Positions 24,035-34,646 of a stretch of 64,000 nucleotides of DNA are shown one piece after another. Position numbers and translations under genes: made by a program. The notes under the pieces were generated by a model. It searched no databases and was not told the DNA's origin. It saw only the letters and a list, made by a program, of their open reading frames with translations. Source of the DNA: Desulfosudaceae bacterium (GTDB lineage Bacteria; Desulfobacterota; Desulfobacteria; Desulfobacterales; Desulfosudaceae); the NCBI GenBank assembly GCA_963674745.2, contig CAXXDV010000001.1, positions 2,144,001-2,208,000 of the forward strand. Reading direction: 5' to 3'. Every line of letters starts with the position of its first letter. Within the stretch, counting starts at the first letter, position 1.

Positions 24035-24670
24035 CTATTCGTAGAGCACTGCCAGAATAACCGCCTTGCCATGACTGGCCGTGACCAGATGGGGTACGGT
24101 GGATTTATAATAGACACTGTCTCCCGGCTCCAGTTCGTAAGTCTCGTCGTTGATCAGCAGCCTGACATGGCCTTCCAGTACGTGGATGAATTCTTCGCCG
24201 TCATGCACCGAGGGCTTTCCCAGCGGGCTTTCTTCCAGGTGGACGATCAGGGGCTCCATGTGCCGGTCTTTGACATGACTGCCCAGGCTGGAATAGCTGT
24301 AAACTTTTTTCTGCCCGTCCGTGGCCGAACGTTCCACCGGGGTGCCGGATTTTTTGCGGGTGATCTCAAACGGTTTGTCCCCCTCACCGGAGAGCAGTTT
24401 GCCGAAGACGGTGTCCAGGGCCCGGGAAAGTTTCATTAAAGCCCCGAGCTGGGGCTGAGCGGTCCCGTTTTCATAAGCCGCCAGTTCGTCGCTGGTGCAG
24501 CCGGTAGCTTCAGCCAACGCTTCTAAGGTAACGCCCTTTTCCGTGCGCAGGCGTTTGATACGGTCACCGACCCGGTCTTCTTTTGTGGTCGATCCGTCGT
24601 TATCAATTTCGCCGGTTAAATCTTCAAAATAATCAACGTTGATGTGAGGCGGTTCGTTTGGTTTATCCAT
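24035..24670 (-). CDS. XRE-family HTH + cupin regulator
   Basis: N-terminal HTH (RIKRLR..TLEALA..YENG), cupin HDGEEFIHVLEG. Confidence 0.88.
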   Translation of the reverse strand: MDKPNEPPHINVDYFEDLTGEIDNDGSTTKEDRVGDRIKRLRTEKGVTLEALAEATGCTSDELAAYENGTAQPQLGALMKLSRALDTVFGKLLSGEGDKPFEITRKKSGTPVERSATDGQKKVYSYSSLGSHVKDRHMEPLIVHLEESPLGKPSVHDGEEFIHVLEGHVRLLINDETYELEPGDSVYYKSTVPHLVTASHGKAVILAVLYE

Positions 24671-24771
24671 GGTTCTGGTCCTTTCGTTGCTTCCCGGTGG
24701 AATCGTTTTGATTCATCTCCCGATTGGTTGTGGTAAACAAATTGTATAATGTTCAGCGAAGTCGATAACCA

Positions 24772-24808
24772 GCACTCGAACCCTCGACACCTTGAATCCT
24801 TGAACCCT
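24772..24808. repeat. 8-bp-period repeats (CCTYGAAY family)
   Basis: CACTCGAA CCCTCGAC ACCTTGAA TCCTTGAA CCCT. Confidence 0.7.
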
Positions 24809-24814
24809 GTTTTT

Positions 24815-25963
24815 TTAACACCCGATATAACGGGAGATCACCAGTCTCTGAATTTCCGAAGTGCCTTCTCCGATATCCAGCAGCTTCTGGTCGCGGTAAA
24901 AGCGTTCCACATGATAATCTTTCATCAGGCCGTAGCCGCCGTGAATCTGCACGGCCCGGTCAACCACCCGGCCCATGGTTTCAGAACAGTAGAGCTTGGC
25001 CATGGCCGCTTCCTTGGCGAATGGCAGCTTGTTGTCCCGCAACCAGCAGGCCTTATAGAGCAGGTTCCTGGCGCACTCGATTTCGGTGGCACTGTCCGCC
25101 AGCTTAAAGGCAATGGCCTGGAATTTGCTGATGGGCTGGCCGAATTGATGCCGTTCACGAGCGTATTTCAGGGCCAGTTCATAGGCACCGTCCGCGCCGC
25201 CCAGGCCCATGGCACCGATGGACAACCGCCCCCCGTCCAGGGTGGCCAGCATCTGGTGAAAACCATCTCCTTTTTTACCCAGCAGATTGCCGGCCGGTAC
25301 CCGCACGTCTTTGAAATAGAGCTCGGCCGTGTTGGAGGCGCGCCACATCATTTTACCGTGCATGGGAACGGCCTCAAATCCCGGCGTCCCGTGTTCGACA
25401 ATGAAACAGCTGTATTCGGGCTTGCCGTTGTCGCGGACACCCGTGATGGCCTGAACGGTCACGCCCAGGGACATGTCGCAGGCGGCATTGGTGATAAAAA
25501 TCTTGGACCCGTTGATGACCCACTCGTTACCGTCCTGGACGGCGTTGGTCTTGCTGCCACCGGCGTCCGATCCGGCCGAGGGTTCGGTCAAACCGAATCC
25601 CCATAAACCTTCACCCCGGCACAGTTTGGGCAGGTATTTTTTTTTCTGTTCCTCGCTGCCGAAATAATAAAGCGGGCCGATGCCCAATGAATTCCCGGCG
25701 GCAATGGTGGCCGCCTGGGAGCCGTCCACTTTGGCGATTTCTTCAACGGCAATGATGTAAGAAAGATAGTCCATGGCCTGGCCCTGATACGGGTCGGACA
25801 CAAACATGCCAAGCAGGCCGATCTCACCCATTTTACGGGTCAGCTCCACAGAAAAAGTTTCCTTTTCATCAAGCTCGCCGGCAACCGGCGCGATTTCAGC
25901 CCTGGCAAAGGCGCGGACTTCCTTGCGGATCATTGCCTGTTCTCTGGAAAGTTCGAAATTCAT
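24815..25963 (-). CDS. Acyl-CoA dehydrogenase
   Basis: FGLTEPSAGSD, NGSKIFITN, AVQIHGGYG, IGEGTSEIQR. Confidence 0.95.
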   Translation of the reverse strand: MNFELSREQAMIRKEVRAFARAEIAPVAGELDEKETFSVELTRKMGEIGLLGMFVSDPYQGQAMDYLSYIIAVEEIAKVDGSQAATIAAGNSLGIGPLYYFGSEEQKKKYLPKLCRGEGLWGFGLTEPSAGSDAGGSKTNAVQDGNEWVINGSKIFITNAACDMSLGVTVQAITGVRDNGKPEYSCFIVEHGTPGFEAVPMHGKMMWRASNTAELYFKDVRVPAGNLLGKKGDGFHQMLATLDGGRLSIGAMGLGGADGAYELALKYARERHQFGQPISKFQAIAFKLADSATEIECARNLLYKACWLRDNKLPFAKEAAMAKLYCSETMGRVVDRAVQIHGGYGLMKDYHVERFYRDQKLLDIGEGTSEIQRLVISRYIGC

Positions 25964-26179
25964 GTTCCCCCGGCTTTCTGTCTGTTGAAAGGCGTTTTAC
26001 GGCTATGCGTTTGAAAGGAGTTCATTTATTGAATCAGATTCAATAATATTAAAAGAGGACCGCTTTTTTGTCAAGATTTTTCATGACATAAGACCTGAAA
26101 ATGACGCGTTGAATTTGTTTGATTGTTTCACCTTATCCCTGCTATTTTATCAGGAAACAAACAAGGGGGAGGGCGAACC

Positions 26180-27292
26180 ATGACGGACAGGATGCGCATA
26201 GCCATTAATACCGGCGGCGGGGACGCGCCGGGCTTGAACGCGGTCATTGAGGCGGTGGTGTTATCGGCCTGGAACCGTAACTGGGAAGTGTACGGTATCC
26301 GCCAGGGATATCACGGCCTGCTCGACACGGACGACATTTTCCAGTTGACCCCGGACAAAGTGAGAAATATTTCCAGTGTCGGCGGCACCATTCTGGGAAC
26401 GACCAACAAGGGTAACCCTTTTGAGATGCCCGTGGAGAATGCGGCCGGAGAAATCGTGCTGCGTGATGTTTCTGATCGGGTGGTGTCTAATTTTAACCGG
26501 CTGGGTTTCGACTGCCTGATTGCCGTTGGCGGAGACGGCAGCCTGGAGATCGCCCATAAATTTTTCCAGAAAGGCATCCCTGTCATTGGTGTGCCAAAGA
26601 CCATCGATAATGATATGGGCGGCACCGTCATTACCTTCGGGTTTGATACGGCTGTCAGCATCGCCACCGAGGCGATTGATCGCCTGCATTCAACGGCCAA
26701 GTCTCACGAACGGGTCATGGTGGTCGAAGTCATGGGACGGCATGCCGGATGGATCGCCTTGAACAGCGGTATCTCGGGCGGTGCCAGGGCCATTCTGATT
26801 CCGGAAATCCCTTTTGATATTGATGTCGTCTGCGAACATATCATGGCCGAAGAACTCCAGGGAACCCGATATGCCATCGTTGTGGTGGCCGAAGGGGCCA
26901 AGCCCGTTGGCGGTAAAATCGTTCATCAGGGCAGTGGTGAAGAAGGCCGGCAGGATGTTTTGCTGGGCGGTATCGGAAAAACAGTGGCCGAAGCCATCAG
27001 CAAAAAAACCGGAAAAGACACCCGATTTCTGGTTCTCGGACATCTTCAGCGGGGCGGCTCCCCCACAACTTTTGACCGTCTGCTGGCGTTGCGGTTCGGT
27101 GCGGCCGCCATCCGGCTGGTCGAGGAGAAAAAATTCGGCCGCATGGTAGCCCTGGCCCCGCCGAATATTGACTCGGTACCGCTGGAAGAGGTCATCGGCG
27201 CCATCCGGGGGGTGCCCCTGGACAGCGACGCCCTTCAGACCGCCCGGGATATCGGTATTACCTTTGGTGAACCCGACCCGGATATTGCATGA
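26180..27292 (+). CDS. pfkA: 6-phosphofructokinase (PfkA family)
   Basis: GGGDAPGLNA, GGTILGT, GGDGS, PKTIDND, EVMGRHAG, LGHLQRGG. Confidence 0.92.
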   Translation: MTDRMRIAINTGGGDAPGLNAVIEAVVLSAWNRNWEVYGIRQGYHGLLDTDDIFQLTPDKVRNISSVGGTILGTTNKGNPFEMPVENAAGEIVLRDVSDRVVSNFNRLGFDCLIAVGGDGSLEIAHKFFQKGIPVIGVPKTIDNDMGGTVITFGFDTAVSIATEAIDRLHSTAKSHERVMVVEVMGRHAGWIALNSGISGGARAILIPEIPFDIDVVCEHIMAEELQGTRYAIVVVAEGAKPVGGKIVHQGSGEEGRQDVLLGGIGKTVAEAISKKTGKDTRFLVLGHLQRGGSPTTFDRLLALRFGAAAIRLVEEKKFGRMVALAPPNIDSVPLEEVIGAIRGVPLDSDALQTARDIGITFGEPDPDIA

Positions 27293-27342
27293 GTTTTTCC
27301 GAGCAAAGAAAATAAAATGATTAGGGCTTTTCTTCAAATTCG

Positions 27343-27474
27343 TGGGTGCCAAGGATTCTAGGATTCAAGGAGGTGTCCATTCAGACGTTCGTCTGGTTTT
27401 TATTTATAGTAGTTTACTTGACCCTTCGACCCTTCGACCCCTCGACCCCTTGAATCCTTGAATCCTTGAACCCT
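27343..27474. repeat. Inverted 8-bp-period repeat tracts (CCTYGAMY family)
   Basis: GGGTGCCAAGGATTCTAGGATTCAAGG then CCCTTCGA x2, CCCCTCGA, CCCCTTGA, ATCCTTGA x2, between convergent genes. Confidence 0.8.
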
Positions 27475-27476
27475 TT

Positions 27477-28493
27477 CTATAGGGCATATGCTTCATCCGG
27501 CAAGGTCTCCCCGATGGCCAGCCGGCAAAGGTCTGATATCATGTAGTTGGCCAGACCGTTTTCTACGGCCGGTTTGCCCAGGGCATCCAGGCACAGGGGG
27601 CAGAGGTAGATCATGGCCTCGGCCTCAAAGGCTTTGGCGTCCTTGATGTTGTCTGCTTTAAAGGCCGGGAATTTATCCCCCCGCTTCTGAATGCCGCCCA
27701 TGTCCTGGCCGCAGCACATGGCGTTGTCCCGGTCATATTGGCGGGAAACCCGTTTCACGCCGATCAGGTCAAAAATTTCATCCAGCAACGGCTCTTTCCA
27801 GGGTGTCAGACGTGAAGCGCATGGACGCTGGTAGGCCACCTTCATGTTAAGCGGTTTGATGTCTGCCTTGCGGACGATCAACTGATCTCTTAGATATTCA
27901 AACAGATGAATCGGCTTAAACGGCAGTTCCAGACCGTAACGGGCAACAGCGTCCGTCATAACGGTATAGCAGTCGTCGTGTGCGAAAATGATTTCTTTTG
28001 CCTCAAGCCGGGCATAGTTGTCGATCAGCGGCTGAAGCCGTTCACGCATTAAAGAATCATTACCCATGTGGGGATAGATGAGATTGCAGAAAAAATGGGT
28101 GCCTTTAAGCGGTGTCAATTCATCGAACAGCGCTCCGGAAAAGGCCCAGGGGATAGACGTGTAAATCGTACATAAAGAAAGCGCCTGTTTGCCGGTGGCA
28201 GGAGGGGAAAATGGTTTTTTGGGGGAAAACATATGCTGGGCCATTGTCAGCAGGTCGGGATTGACATAATCGCCTTTTTCTTCCAGACGCTCCAGGATAA
28301 GATCAAACGGTCGGGCGTCGTTGGGGCAGTATTCATTGCAGGCGAAACAGGTGATGCATTTATTCAGCCAGGAAACCGGCTCTCCGTTAACCAGTTTTTT
28401 CCATTCCGCGGCACTGGTCCCCGGTTCATAGTCGATATACAGGCACCGATCACGGCACAATCCGCACAGGACACATTTTTCACGGTCAAACAT
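27477..28493 (-). CDS. Fe-S oxidoreductase (ferredoxin + CCG domain, HdrD/GlpC-like)
   Basis: CVLCGLCRDRC, CITCFACNEYCP, YQRPC...MCCG...CPLC. Confidence 0.8.
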   Translation of the reverse strand: MFDREKCVLCGLCRDRCLYIDYEPGTSAAEWKKLVNGEPVSWLNKCITCFACNEYCPNDARPFDLILERLEEKGDYVNPDLLTMAQHMFSPKKPFSPPATGKQALSLCTIYTSIPWAFSGALFDELTPLKGTHFFCNLIYPHMGNDSLMRERLQPLIDNYARLEAKEIIFAHDDCYTVMTDAVARYGLELPFKPIHLFEYLRDQLIVRKADIKPLNMKVAYQRPCASRLTPWKEPLLDEIFDLIGVKRVSRQYDRDNAMCCGQDMGGIQKRGDKFPAFKADNIKDAKAFEAEAMIYLCPLCLDALGKPAVENGLANYMISDLCRLAIGETLPDEAYAL

Positions 28494-28918
28494 AAGCCCT
28501 CCTTTATTGATGATGTTCTAAACAGCCCGATTACAGACACGGTTTTTTGCTTTTAAGCCGGAACCGGTCCATTCATTCATTAAGACGCGTGCCCCTTGAA
28601 AGGTGAACCGGGTCCGTGATTTTCGTTTGCCGTTCTGATTTTAATGTTACGCGACAGGCGTTGCAATACTTTCGTGCCTTTCGGCGCTGTCTGAACAGGT
28701 TTTTGAATAACCGGGTTAAAGGTTTTACGTTTAACTTTTAATTTAGTATCGATTTGTATTATTATCAATAAGTACTCATAACTCGAAAAGCGGAAAAACA
28801 TGACGCAAAACCCGATTTAAGGATTTTTTGTTTGACATGGGGACAGTGGTTTTATATTATTGTCGACAATCGACAGCGGGAGTTTAAAAGAACACTTTCA
28901 TTATTGAAGGAGAATTAA

Positions 28919-30223
28919 ATGAGTGGTGCCAGTAAGCAGAAGTATGACGTCATTGTAGCAGGGACCGGGCCCGGAGGGGCGACTGTCGCCAGAGAAATGG
29001 CCTTGGCCGGAAAATCCGTTTTAATGCTGGAGCGTGGCGGATACCCCAGTCTGCGCGGCGTGTTCTGGCAATATGCCTTATACCAGTGTTTCCCGTTTAA
29101 AAGCATGTTGTTTAACAGCCAGCTGGTGGGCATGGTCAGGGGGTTGATAACCGGCGGCAGTTCTGTATTTTATTATGGCACATGCTTTGATATCCCCTTT
29201 GAAATGTTAAAGTCATACGGCATCGATGTCAGCCAGGAGGCTGAAGAGGTAAAGCAGGACGTACCCATCGGTCCGCTGTCTGACGAGGTCATGGGCGCCA
29301 AGGCCAAATTGATCATGAAAAGCGCCCAGGAACTGGGGTATGACTGGAAAAAGCTGAATAAATTCATGTTTCAGGACCGCTGGGACCGGAGTACACAGAA
29401 ATTCGGTAATTTTTATTACGGCGACCCCAATGATGTGAAATGGAGCGCCCGCATATTTGTTGATGATGCCGTAAAAAACGGTGCAGAACTGATTAACAAT
29501 GCCCCGGTCAAGGAGGTCATATTCAAAGACGGGCGAGCAACCGGTGTCCGTTACACTCAGGGCGGCAGTGTGCATGAAGCATATGCTGAAAACGTGGTTG
29601 TCAGCGCCGGCGGTATCGGTTCCCCGATGATTTTAAGACAGAGCGGGCTGAATGAAGCCGGATATGATTTCTTTTTCGACCCCTTGATATCCGTGGCCGG
29701 TTATGTGGAAGGCGCCAAAGACGAGAACGAAATCCCCATGTCGTCCGGGACCCATTTTCATAAAGAAGGGTTTGTGATGACCGATATGGCCCTGCCGCCC
29801 ATGTTGAATACCATTTTCGCCTGCTCCGGTTTTCGGCCGCACCGGGCGTTTTCCCATAAAAACGTGGTCCGCATCATGGTCAAGGTCAGAGATGACCTGG
29901 CCGGCAAGTTGACCAACGGGGAGGGTATTCGTAAACGGATGAGCAAGGGGGATAAGGCAAAGCTAAACATGGGGTATGGACATGCCCGTAAGATCCTGGA
30001 GAATCTCGGTGCAACCGGTATTCACAAAACCTGGGCGCTGGCGGCCCATCCCGGTGGGACCGTTAAAATCGGCGAAATGCTTGATGCCGACCTGAGAGCC
30101 AAAGGATATGATAACCTGTATGTCTGTGACTGCTCGGTTATTCCGGAGCCCTGGGGCCTGCCGCCGACATACACCATTCTTTCTTTGGGAAAACGTCTGG
30201 GAAAACTTCTTATCAATCAGTAA
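28919..30223 (+). CDS. GMC-family FAD oxidoreductase
   Basis: GTGPGG Rossmann motif, SAGGIGSP, HPGGT, NLYVCDCSVIP. Confidence 0.85.
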   Translation: MSGASKQKYDVIVAGTGPGGATVAREMALAGKSVLMLERGGYPSLRGVFWQYALYQCFPFKSMLFNSQLVGMVRGLITGGSSVFYYGTCFDIPFEMLKSYGIDVSQEAEEVKQDVPIGPLSDEVMGAKAKLIMKSAQELGYDWKKLNKFMFQDRWDRSTQKFGNFYYGDPNDVKWSARIFVDDAVKNGAELINNAPVKEVIFKDGRATGVRYTQGGSVHEAYAENVVVSAGGIGSPMILRQSGLNEAGYDFFFDPLISVAGYVEGAKDENEIPMSSGTHFHKEGFVMTDMALPPMLNTIFACSGFRPHRAFSHKNVVRIMVKVRDDLAGKLTNGEGIRKRMSKGDKAKLNMGYGHARKILENLGATGIHKTWALAAHPGGTVKIGEMLDADLRAKGYDNLYVCDCSVIPEPWGLPPTYTILSLGKRLGKLLINQ

Positions 30224-30243
30224 TGCGTAATTCTCCTCCTCTA

Positions 30244-30295
30244 TCAGCGGCGTCCGGGCCTGAAAAGTGACGGTCGTCGCTGATTTGTTTTTGTT
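30244..30295 (+). terminator. Probable intrinsic terminator
   Basis: TCAGCGGCG...CGTCGCTGA stem followed by TTTGTTTTTG. Confidence 0.5.
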
Positions 30296-30464
30296 GCCAA
30301 AAGCTGTTTGATCTGAAACGGCGCTTGTGATACCTGTTGGCAGAACAGCCGATTTAAACGTCCGCGGGTTTTTGTGCCCGAAAAACATGCATTGTCCCTG
30401 AATCGCTCAGCGGAATCAGCAGAACAATGAGACAATAACAGGTTAACGGTAGAGTAAAACCAGA

Positions 30465-32996
30465 ATGAATCAAGAGATATCGGGCGTATCGCCCCACACT
30501 TCCTCACCGGTTGAGCGGTTTTATGCTTTATTGTTGAAATATCCATGGACCGTTCTTTTCTGTCTTTTGGCCGGTATCGCCATACTGGGCTACTGTGCCA
30601 AAAATTTTCAGATCGATGCCTCTTCAGACACCCTGGTGAATGAAAGCGACGCGGACATGCAATACGCCCGCCTGGTGTCATCCCGTTATGCGGTCCAGGA
30701 CTTTTTGCTCATCGCCTATACACCCAAAAAAGACCTGCTTTCAGACGAAGTGCTGTCGGATATCGGCCGTTTAAAAGTTGATCTGGAAGAACTGCCGGGC
30801 GTCGATTCAGTGGTCACGCTGCTGGATGTTCCCATGTTGGAAAGTCCGCCCGTGCCGGTCAAGGACCTGGCCGGTGATCTGCCGACCATTCTGTCTGACC
30901 GGGTGGACCGGGCGATGGCCGGGAAAGAGCTGAGCCACAGCCCCCTGTATCGCAACCTGCTGGTCAGTCCTGATCTGAGTACCACCGCCATCCAGATCAA
31001 CATGTCCATCAATCAGCACTATCGTGATATTGTGGCCCAACGGGATGACCTGGTTGATAAGGGCGCGGCCGAGGGCTTTACCGCGGCTGAAGAAGCCGAA
31101 CGCAATCGCCTGGAAACCGAAATTCTGGCCATGCGCAAGGCGTTCAAGGCGCAGAATGAAAAACTGATCGCCGATATCCGCAGTGTTATGAAAAAATACA
31201 GGGGCGATGCCGATCTGTTTCTGGGCGGCGTTGACATGATCGCCAATGACCTCATCCGGTTCATTAAGAATGATCTGGAGACCTTTGGCCTGGGCGTTTT
31301 CATTTTTCTGGTCTTGGCGCTTGGCATCATTTTCCGTAAAATTCGCTGGGTGGCCATTCCCCTGATGTGCTGTTTTTTTTCCGTTATCGCCATGACCGGT
31401 CTTCTGGGGCTGTTCGGGTGGAAAGTGACGGTCATTTCCTCCAATTTTATTTCCCTGCAGTTGATCCTGACCATGTCCCTTTCCATTCACCTGGTCGTCC
31501 GTTACCGGGAGGAAGAGTCGCGGTATCCGGACCACGAGCACCGGGACCTGGTCATTTTTACCATGCGGGAGAAGCTGGTCCCCTGTCTGTATGCCACGTT
31601 GACAACCATGGCCGGTTTCGGGTCCCTGCTGCTGTGCAATCTCAAGCCGGTCATTACCTTCGGCTGGATGATGGTGGGCGGGCTCATCGTTTCGCTTGTG
31701 TTCACGTTTCTGTTTTTCCCGGCGGCCTTGTCGCTGTTGAAGAAAACCCCGCCGCCGCCCGCTGCCGGAGGTGGGGGCTATATGACAAAAATGACCGCGC
31801 ACCTGACTGAATATCACGGCCGGCTGATTGTAATCGCCAGTGTCATCGCCCTGGCTGTCAGCGTCATTGGCATATCGCGTCTGACCGTGGAAAACGCCTT
31901 TGTCAATTATTTCAAGAAATCAACCGAAATATACCAGGGCATGCGGGTAATTGACCAGAAGTTGGGCGGCACCACGCCGTTTGACGTAACGCTCGATTTT
32001 CCCGAGTCCGACGATAAGGACGCAGTCAAACAGAGACAAAAGCCGATGGCTGATTCCGAAGACTTTGACATGTTTGCCGAGTTTGATGAGGCGGACACAG
32101 CCGAACACTACTGGTTTACGCCCTATAAGATGGAAAAAATACTGGCGGTTCACGATTACCTGGAATCGATTCCGGAAATCGGCAAGGTGATGTCCCTGGG
32201 GACCATGCTGAAGGTGGCCAAACGTTTGAATGATGGCAAGCCTTTGGACAGCGTTGAGTTGTCCCTGGTTTATAATGAATTGCCTGAAGAATACAAAAAG
32301 ATGCTGATTGCCCCTTATGCCTCCGTGGAACACAACCAGGCCCGCATATCGGTGCGCGTGGTGGACACGGCGGAGACCTTGAGGCGGGATCAGTTGATCC
32401 GGAAAATCGAAAAAGACATAACCGCCGGGTTTGGTTTTGACCGGGCAGATGTCCGGGTGACCGGCATGCTGGTGTTATACAACAACGTCCTGCAAAGTCT
32501 GTTTGATTCCCAGATCAAGACCCTGGGGCTGGTGCTGCTGGCCCTGATGGCGATGTTTCTGATTCTGTTCCGTTCTTTCAAGTTGTCGCTGATCGCCGTA
32601 TTCCCCAACCTGTTGTCCGTCTCGGTCGTGCTGGGCGCCCTGGGCTGGATGAACCTGCCGCTTGATATGATGACCATCACCATCGCTTCAATCAGCGTCG
32701 GTATCGCCGTGGATGATACCATTCATTATATCCACCGCTTCAAGGAGGAATACGCGGTCAACCCCGATTATGTGGCTGCCATGCGTAATTGTCACGCCAG
32801 TATCGGCTTTGCCATGTACTATACGTCCGTGGCTATTGTTGCCGGATTTTCAATACTGGCCTTTTCGAATTTTATCCCCACGATCTCGTTTGGTCTGCTG
32901 ACCGGTCTGGCCATGGTGATCGCGCTTCTGGCCGCCCTGACGCTGCTGCCCCGGCTGATCATTCTGATCAAGCCCTTCGGGCCCCAGGGCGGATAG
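30465..32996 (+). CDS. MMPL/RND superfamily exporter
   Basis: Two repeats of a TM bundle plus periplasmic loop; TTMAGFGSL, GIAVDDTIH. Confidence 0.88.
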   Translation: MNQEISGVSPHTSSPVERFYALLLKYPWTVLFCLLAGIAILGYCAKNFQIDASSDTLVNESDADMQYARLVSSRYAVQDFLLIAYTPKKDLLSDEVLSDIGRLKVDLEELPGVDSVVTLLDVPMLESPPVPVKDLAGDLPTILSDRVDRAMAGKELSHSPLYRNLLVSPDLSTTAIQINMSINQHYRDIVAQRDDLVDKGAAEGFTAAEEAERNRLETEILAMRKAFKAQNEKLIADIRSVMKKYRGDADLFLGGVDMIANDLIRFIKNDLETFGLGVFIFLVLALGIIFRKIRWVAIPLMCCFFSVIAMTGLLGLFGWKVTVISSNFISLQLILTMSLSIHLVVRYREEESRYPDHEHRDLVIFTMREKLVPCLYATLTTMAGFGSLLLCNLKPVITFGWMMVGGLIVSLVFTFLFFPAALSLLKKTPPPPAAGGGGYMTKMTAHLTEYHGRLIVIASVIALAVSVIGISRLTVENAFVNYFKKSTEIYQGMRVIDQKLGGTTPFDVTLDFPESDDKDAVKQRQKPMADSEDFDMFAEFDEADTAEHYWFTPYKMEKILAVHDYLESIPEIGKVMSLGTMLKVAKRLNDGKPLDSVELSLVYNELPEEYKKMLIAPYASVEHNQARISVRVVDTAETLRRDQLIRKIEKDITAGFGFDRADVRVTGMLVLYNNVLQSLFDSQIKTLGLVLLALMAMFLILFRSFKLSLIAVFPNLLSVSVVLGALGWMNLPLDMMTITIASISVGIAVDDTIHYIHRFKEEYAVNPDYVAAMRNCHASIGFAMYYTSVAIVAGFSILAFSNFIPTISFGLLTGLAMVIALLAALTLLPRLIILIKPFGPQGG

Positions 32997-32998
32997 CA

Positions 32999-34072
32999 TC
33001 AGCCCGAGGGGTTCCGCTTGACCGATTGCTGATAGGCTTCTTCATCCATGCGCGACAGTCCTTCCATCAGCAGCCACATGAACTGACCGATTTCGCTCAT
33101 TGATTCTTCTTCGGGCGGAAGCCCGGGGACGAATTTAAAACGGCCCTTTTTCTCTCTTAATACAGCCCAGAAGGCTTCCCTGTCTTCATTCTCGCCGAAC
33201 TTGGCACGGATGGGCTCACCTTCCTTGAAGGTAATGGTTGCCGCTCTGTTGTCGGGCAGCTTGAAGGTCAAAACACCGGTTTTCCGGTTCATGTTAAAGG
33301 CCTGCAGCAGTTCCGAGGGCGGCATTTCCGTCAGGTTGCCGGACATGCCGGATTCCAGTTCGTCCGACCGGGCGATGTTGGTTTTGGACAATCGTTTGGA
33401 GAGCAGGGTCGCAAAATACATCTGTAGGGAGGGAAATCGTCTGATCAGTCGTCGGAAGTTGCGGCTGTTTAAAAAAATGACTTTGGTCGGCTCCACGGCT
33501 TTGATGGTTGCCCCGGCCGCCTCTCCGCTGATCAGGCTCATTTCACCCAGGATTTCGCCCTTACCGAGAAAGGCGATGTTGACGTCATTATTGCCCAGCA
33601 CTTCAACCATGCCGGAAAGAATGACATAGAGATTTTTGCCGGGCTCACCTTCTTGAATGATGACCTCTCCTTTGCTGAACTGTCTGTGCCGGATAAAGGG
33701 GACCAGGTATCGGACTTCGTTCTTTTTCAGTGTTTTAAAAAAAGAAAAGGTGGAAAGGAGTTTGGCGATGTTATCTTTGGCGTTTTCGTGGGGATCTTCT
33801 ATCTCAAAAACATATTCAGCGCTTTTTTCATACCGCATACGGATTTTCCCGCTGCATCCGCTGCAGAAAAAAGTGTTGCCGCTTTCAGTTTCCGGTATAA
33901 AATCGTCAAGGTCACGGATTTTATGTTTGATGTCTTCGGTCAGGATGGTACAGGTCGGTTTCCCTTCCGGCATGTAAAGGGCGATGGCGGATAGCCTGAA
34001 TACGTCGTCCAGATTATAAAAAGGGCAGTTGTCGTCCTCGATGACCTGAAAAAAAGCTTCAATCATGCTCAT
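32999..34072 (-). CDS. cNMP-binding + DUF4388-like protein with Cys-rich N-terminus
   Basis: IIQEGEPG..LYVILSG..GEILGEMSL; MSGNL..SELLQ..NRKTGVL. Confidence 0.75.
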   Translation of the reverse strand: MSMIEAFFQVIEDDNCPFYNLDDVFRLSAIALYMPEGKPTCTILTEDIKHKIRDLDDFIPETESGNTFFCSGCSGKIRMRYEKSAEYVFEIEDPHENAKDNIAKLLSTFSFFKTLKKNEVRYLVPFIRHRQFSKGEVIIQEGEPGKNLYVILSGMVEVLGNNDVNIAFLGKGEILGEMSLISGEAAGATIKAVEPTKVIFLNSRNFRRLIRRFPSLQMYFATLLSKRLSKTNIARSDELESGMSGNLTEMPPSELLQAFNMNRKTGVLTFKLPDNRAATITFKEGEPIRAKFGENEDREAFWAVLREKKGRFKFVPGLPPEEESMSEIGQFMWLLMEGLSRMDEEAYQQSVKRNPSG

Positions 34073-34232
34073 TTTGTCACCCTCACGGTTTAATTAGGTC
34101 GTAAAAGTTAAGCTCAGCGGCTGGTTTTCTGTCGTGGAAGTCTCCCGGCCCAGGTTTTTAGAGCGTTACCAGGGCAAAGTCCGGTTTTTACGCTTCCAGC
34201 ATCATTTTGTTTTTAATCTCAGGATCTTTCGG

Positions 34233-34646
34233 TCAGTCCGATGGATCAGCCGGCGGATCGACCGCTTTCACCGTTGTTGAAATTCCTCCCCGGGACGTGA
34301 AAGTCCCGATAACCATGATGCGATGCGGGGCAATTGCCCCGGACAAATCCTCCAGGATTTTATTCACCACATGCTCATAAAAAATGCCCACGTTTCGATA
34401 CTGCATCAGATAGTATTTGAGTGATTTGAGCTCTACGATCTGACGGTTCGGGGTGTAGGTGATGGTGATACAGCCGAAATCAGGCAGACCGGTCATGGGG
34501 CAGACCGAGGTGAATTCAGGTTGCTTTATCTCGATATCTATGGGTCTTTGTCCCGCGTACTGGTAGGGCATGGCCTCAAGGATATCGGATTTTACCGTAT
34601 CCGGCGACTGAGATGTCAACGGTGATTCGTAATCTTTCTGCGTCAT
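34233..34646 (-). CDS. queF: PreQ0 reductase QueF (type I)
   Basis: EFTSVCPMTGLPDFG, VELKSLKYY, IFYE, RGG. Confidence 0.95.
   Translation of the reverse strand: MTQKDYESPLTSQSPDTVKSDILEAMPYQYAGQRPIDIEIKQPEFTSVCPMTGLPDFGCITITYTPNRQIVELKSLKYYLMQYRNVGIFYEHVVNKILEDLSGAIAPHRIMVIGTFTSRGGISTTVKAVDPPADPSD

Noticed and set aside
28839..28848. GGGGACAGT as a second IS target
   Set aside because: Diverges after ACAGT (GG instead of ATAA) and has no partner TGTCCCC arm
30807..31817. Long antisense ORFs (also 36937-37878, 24749-25606, 51313-52131)
   Set aside because: They lie opposite well-supported genes and show no recognisable motifs; typical codon-bias shadows
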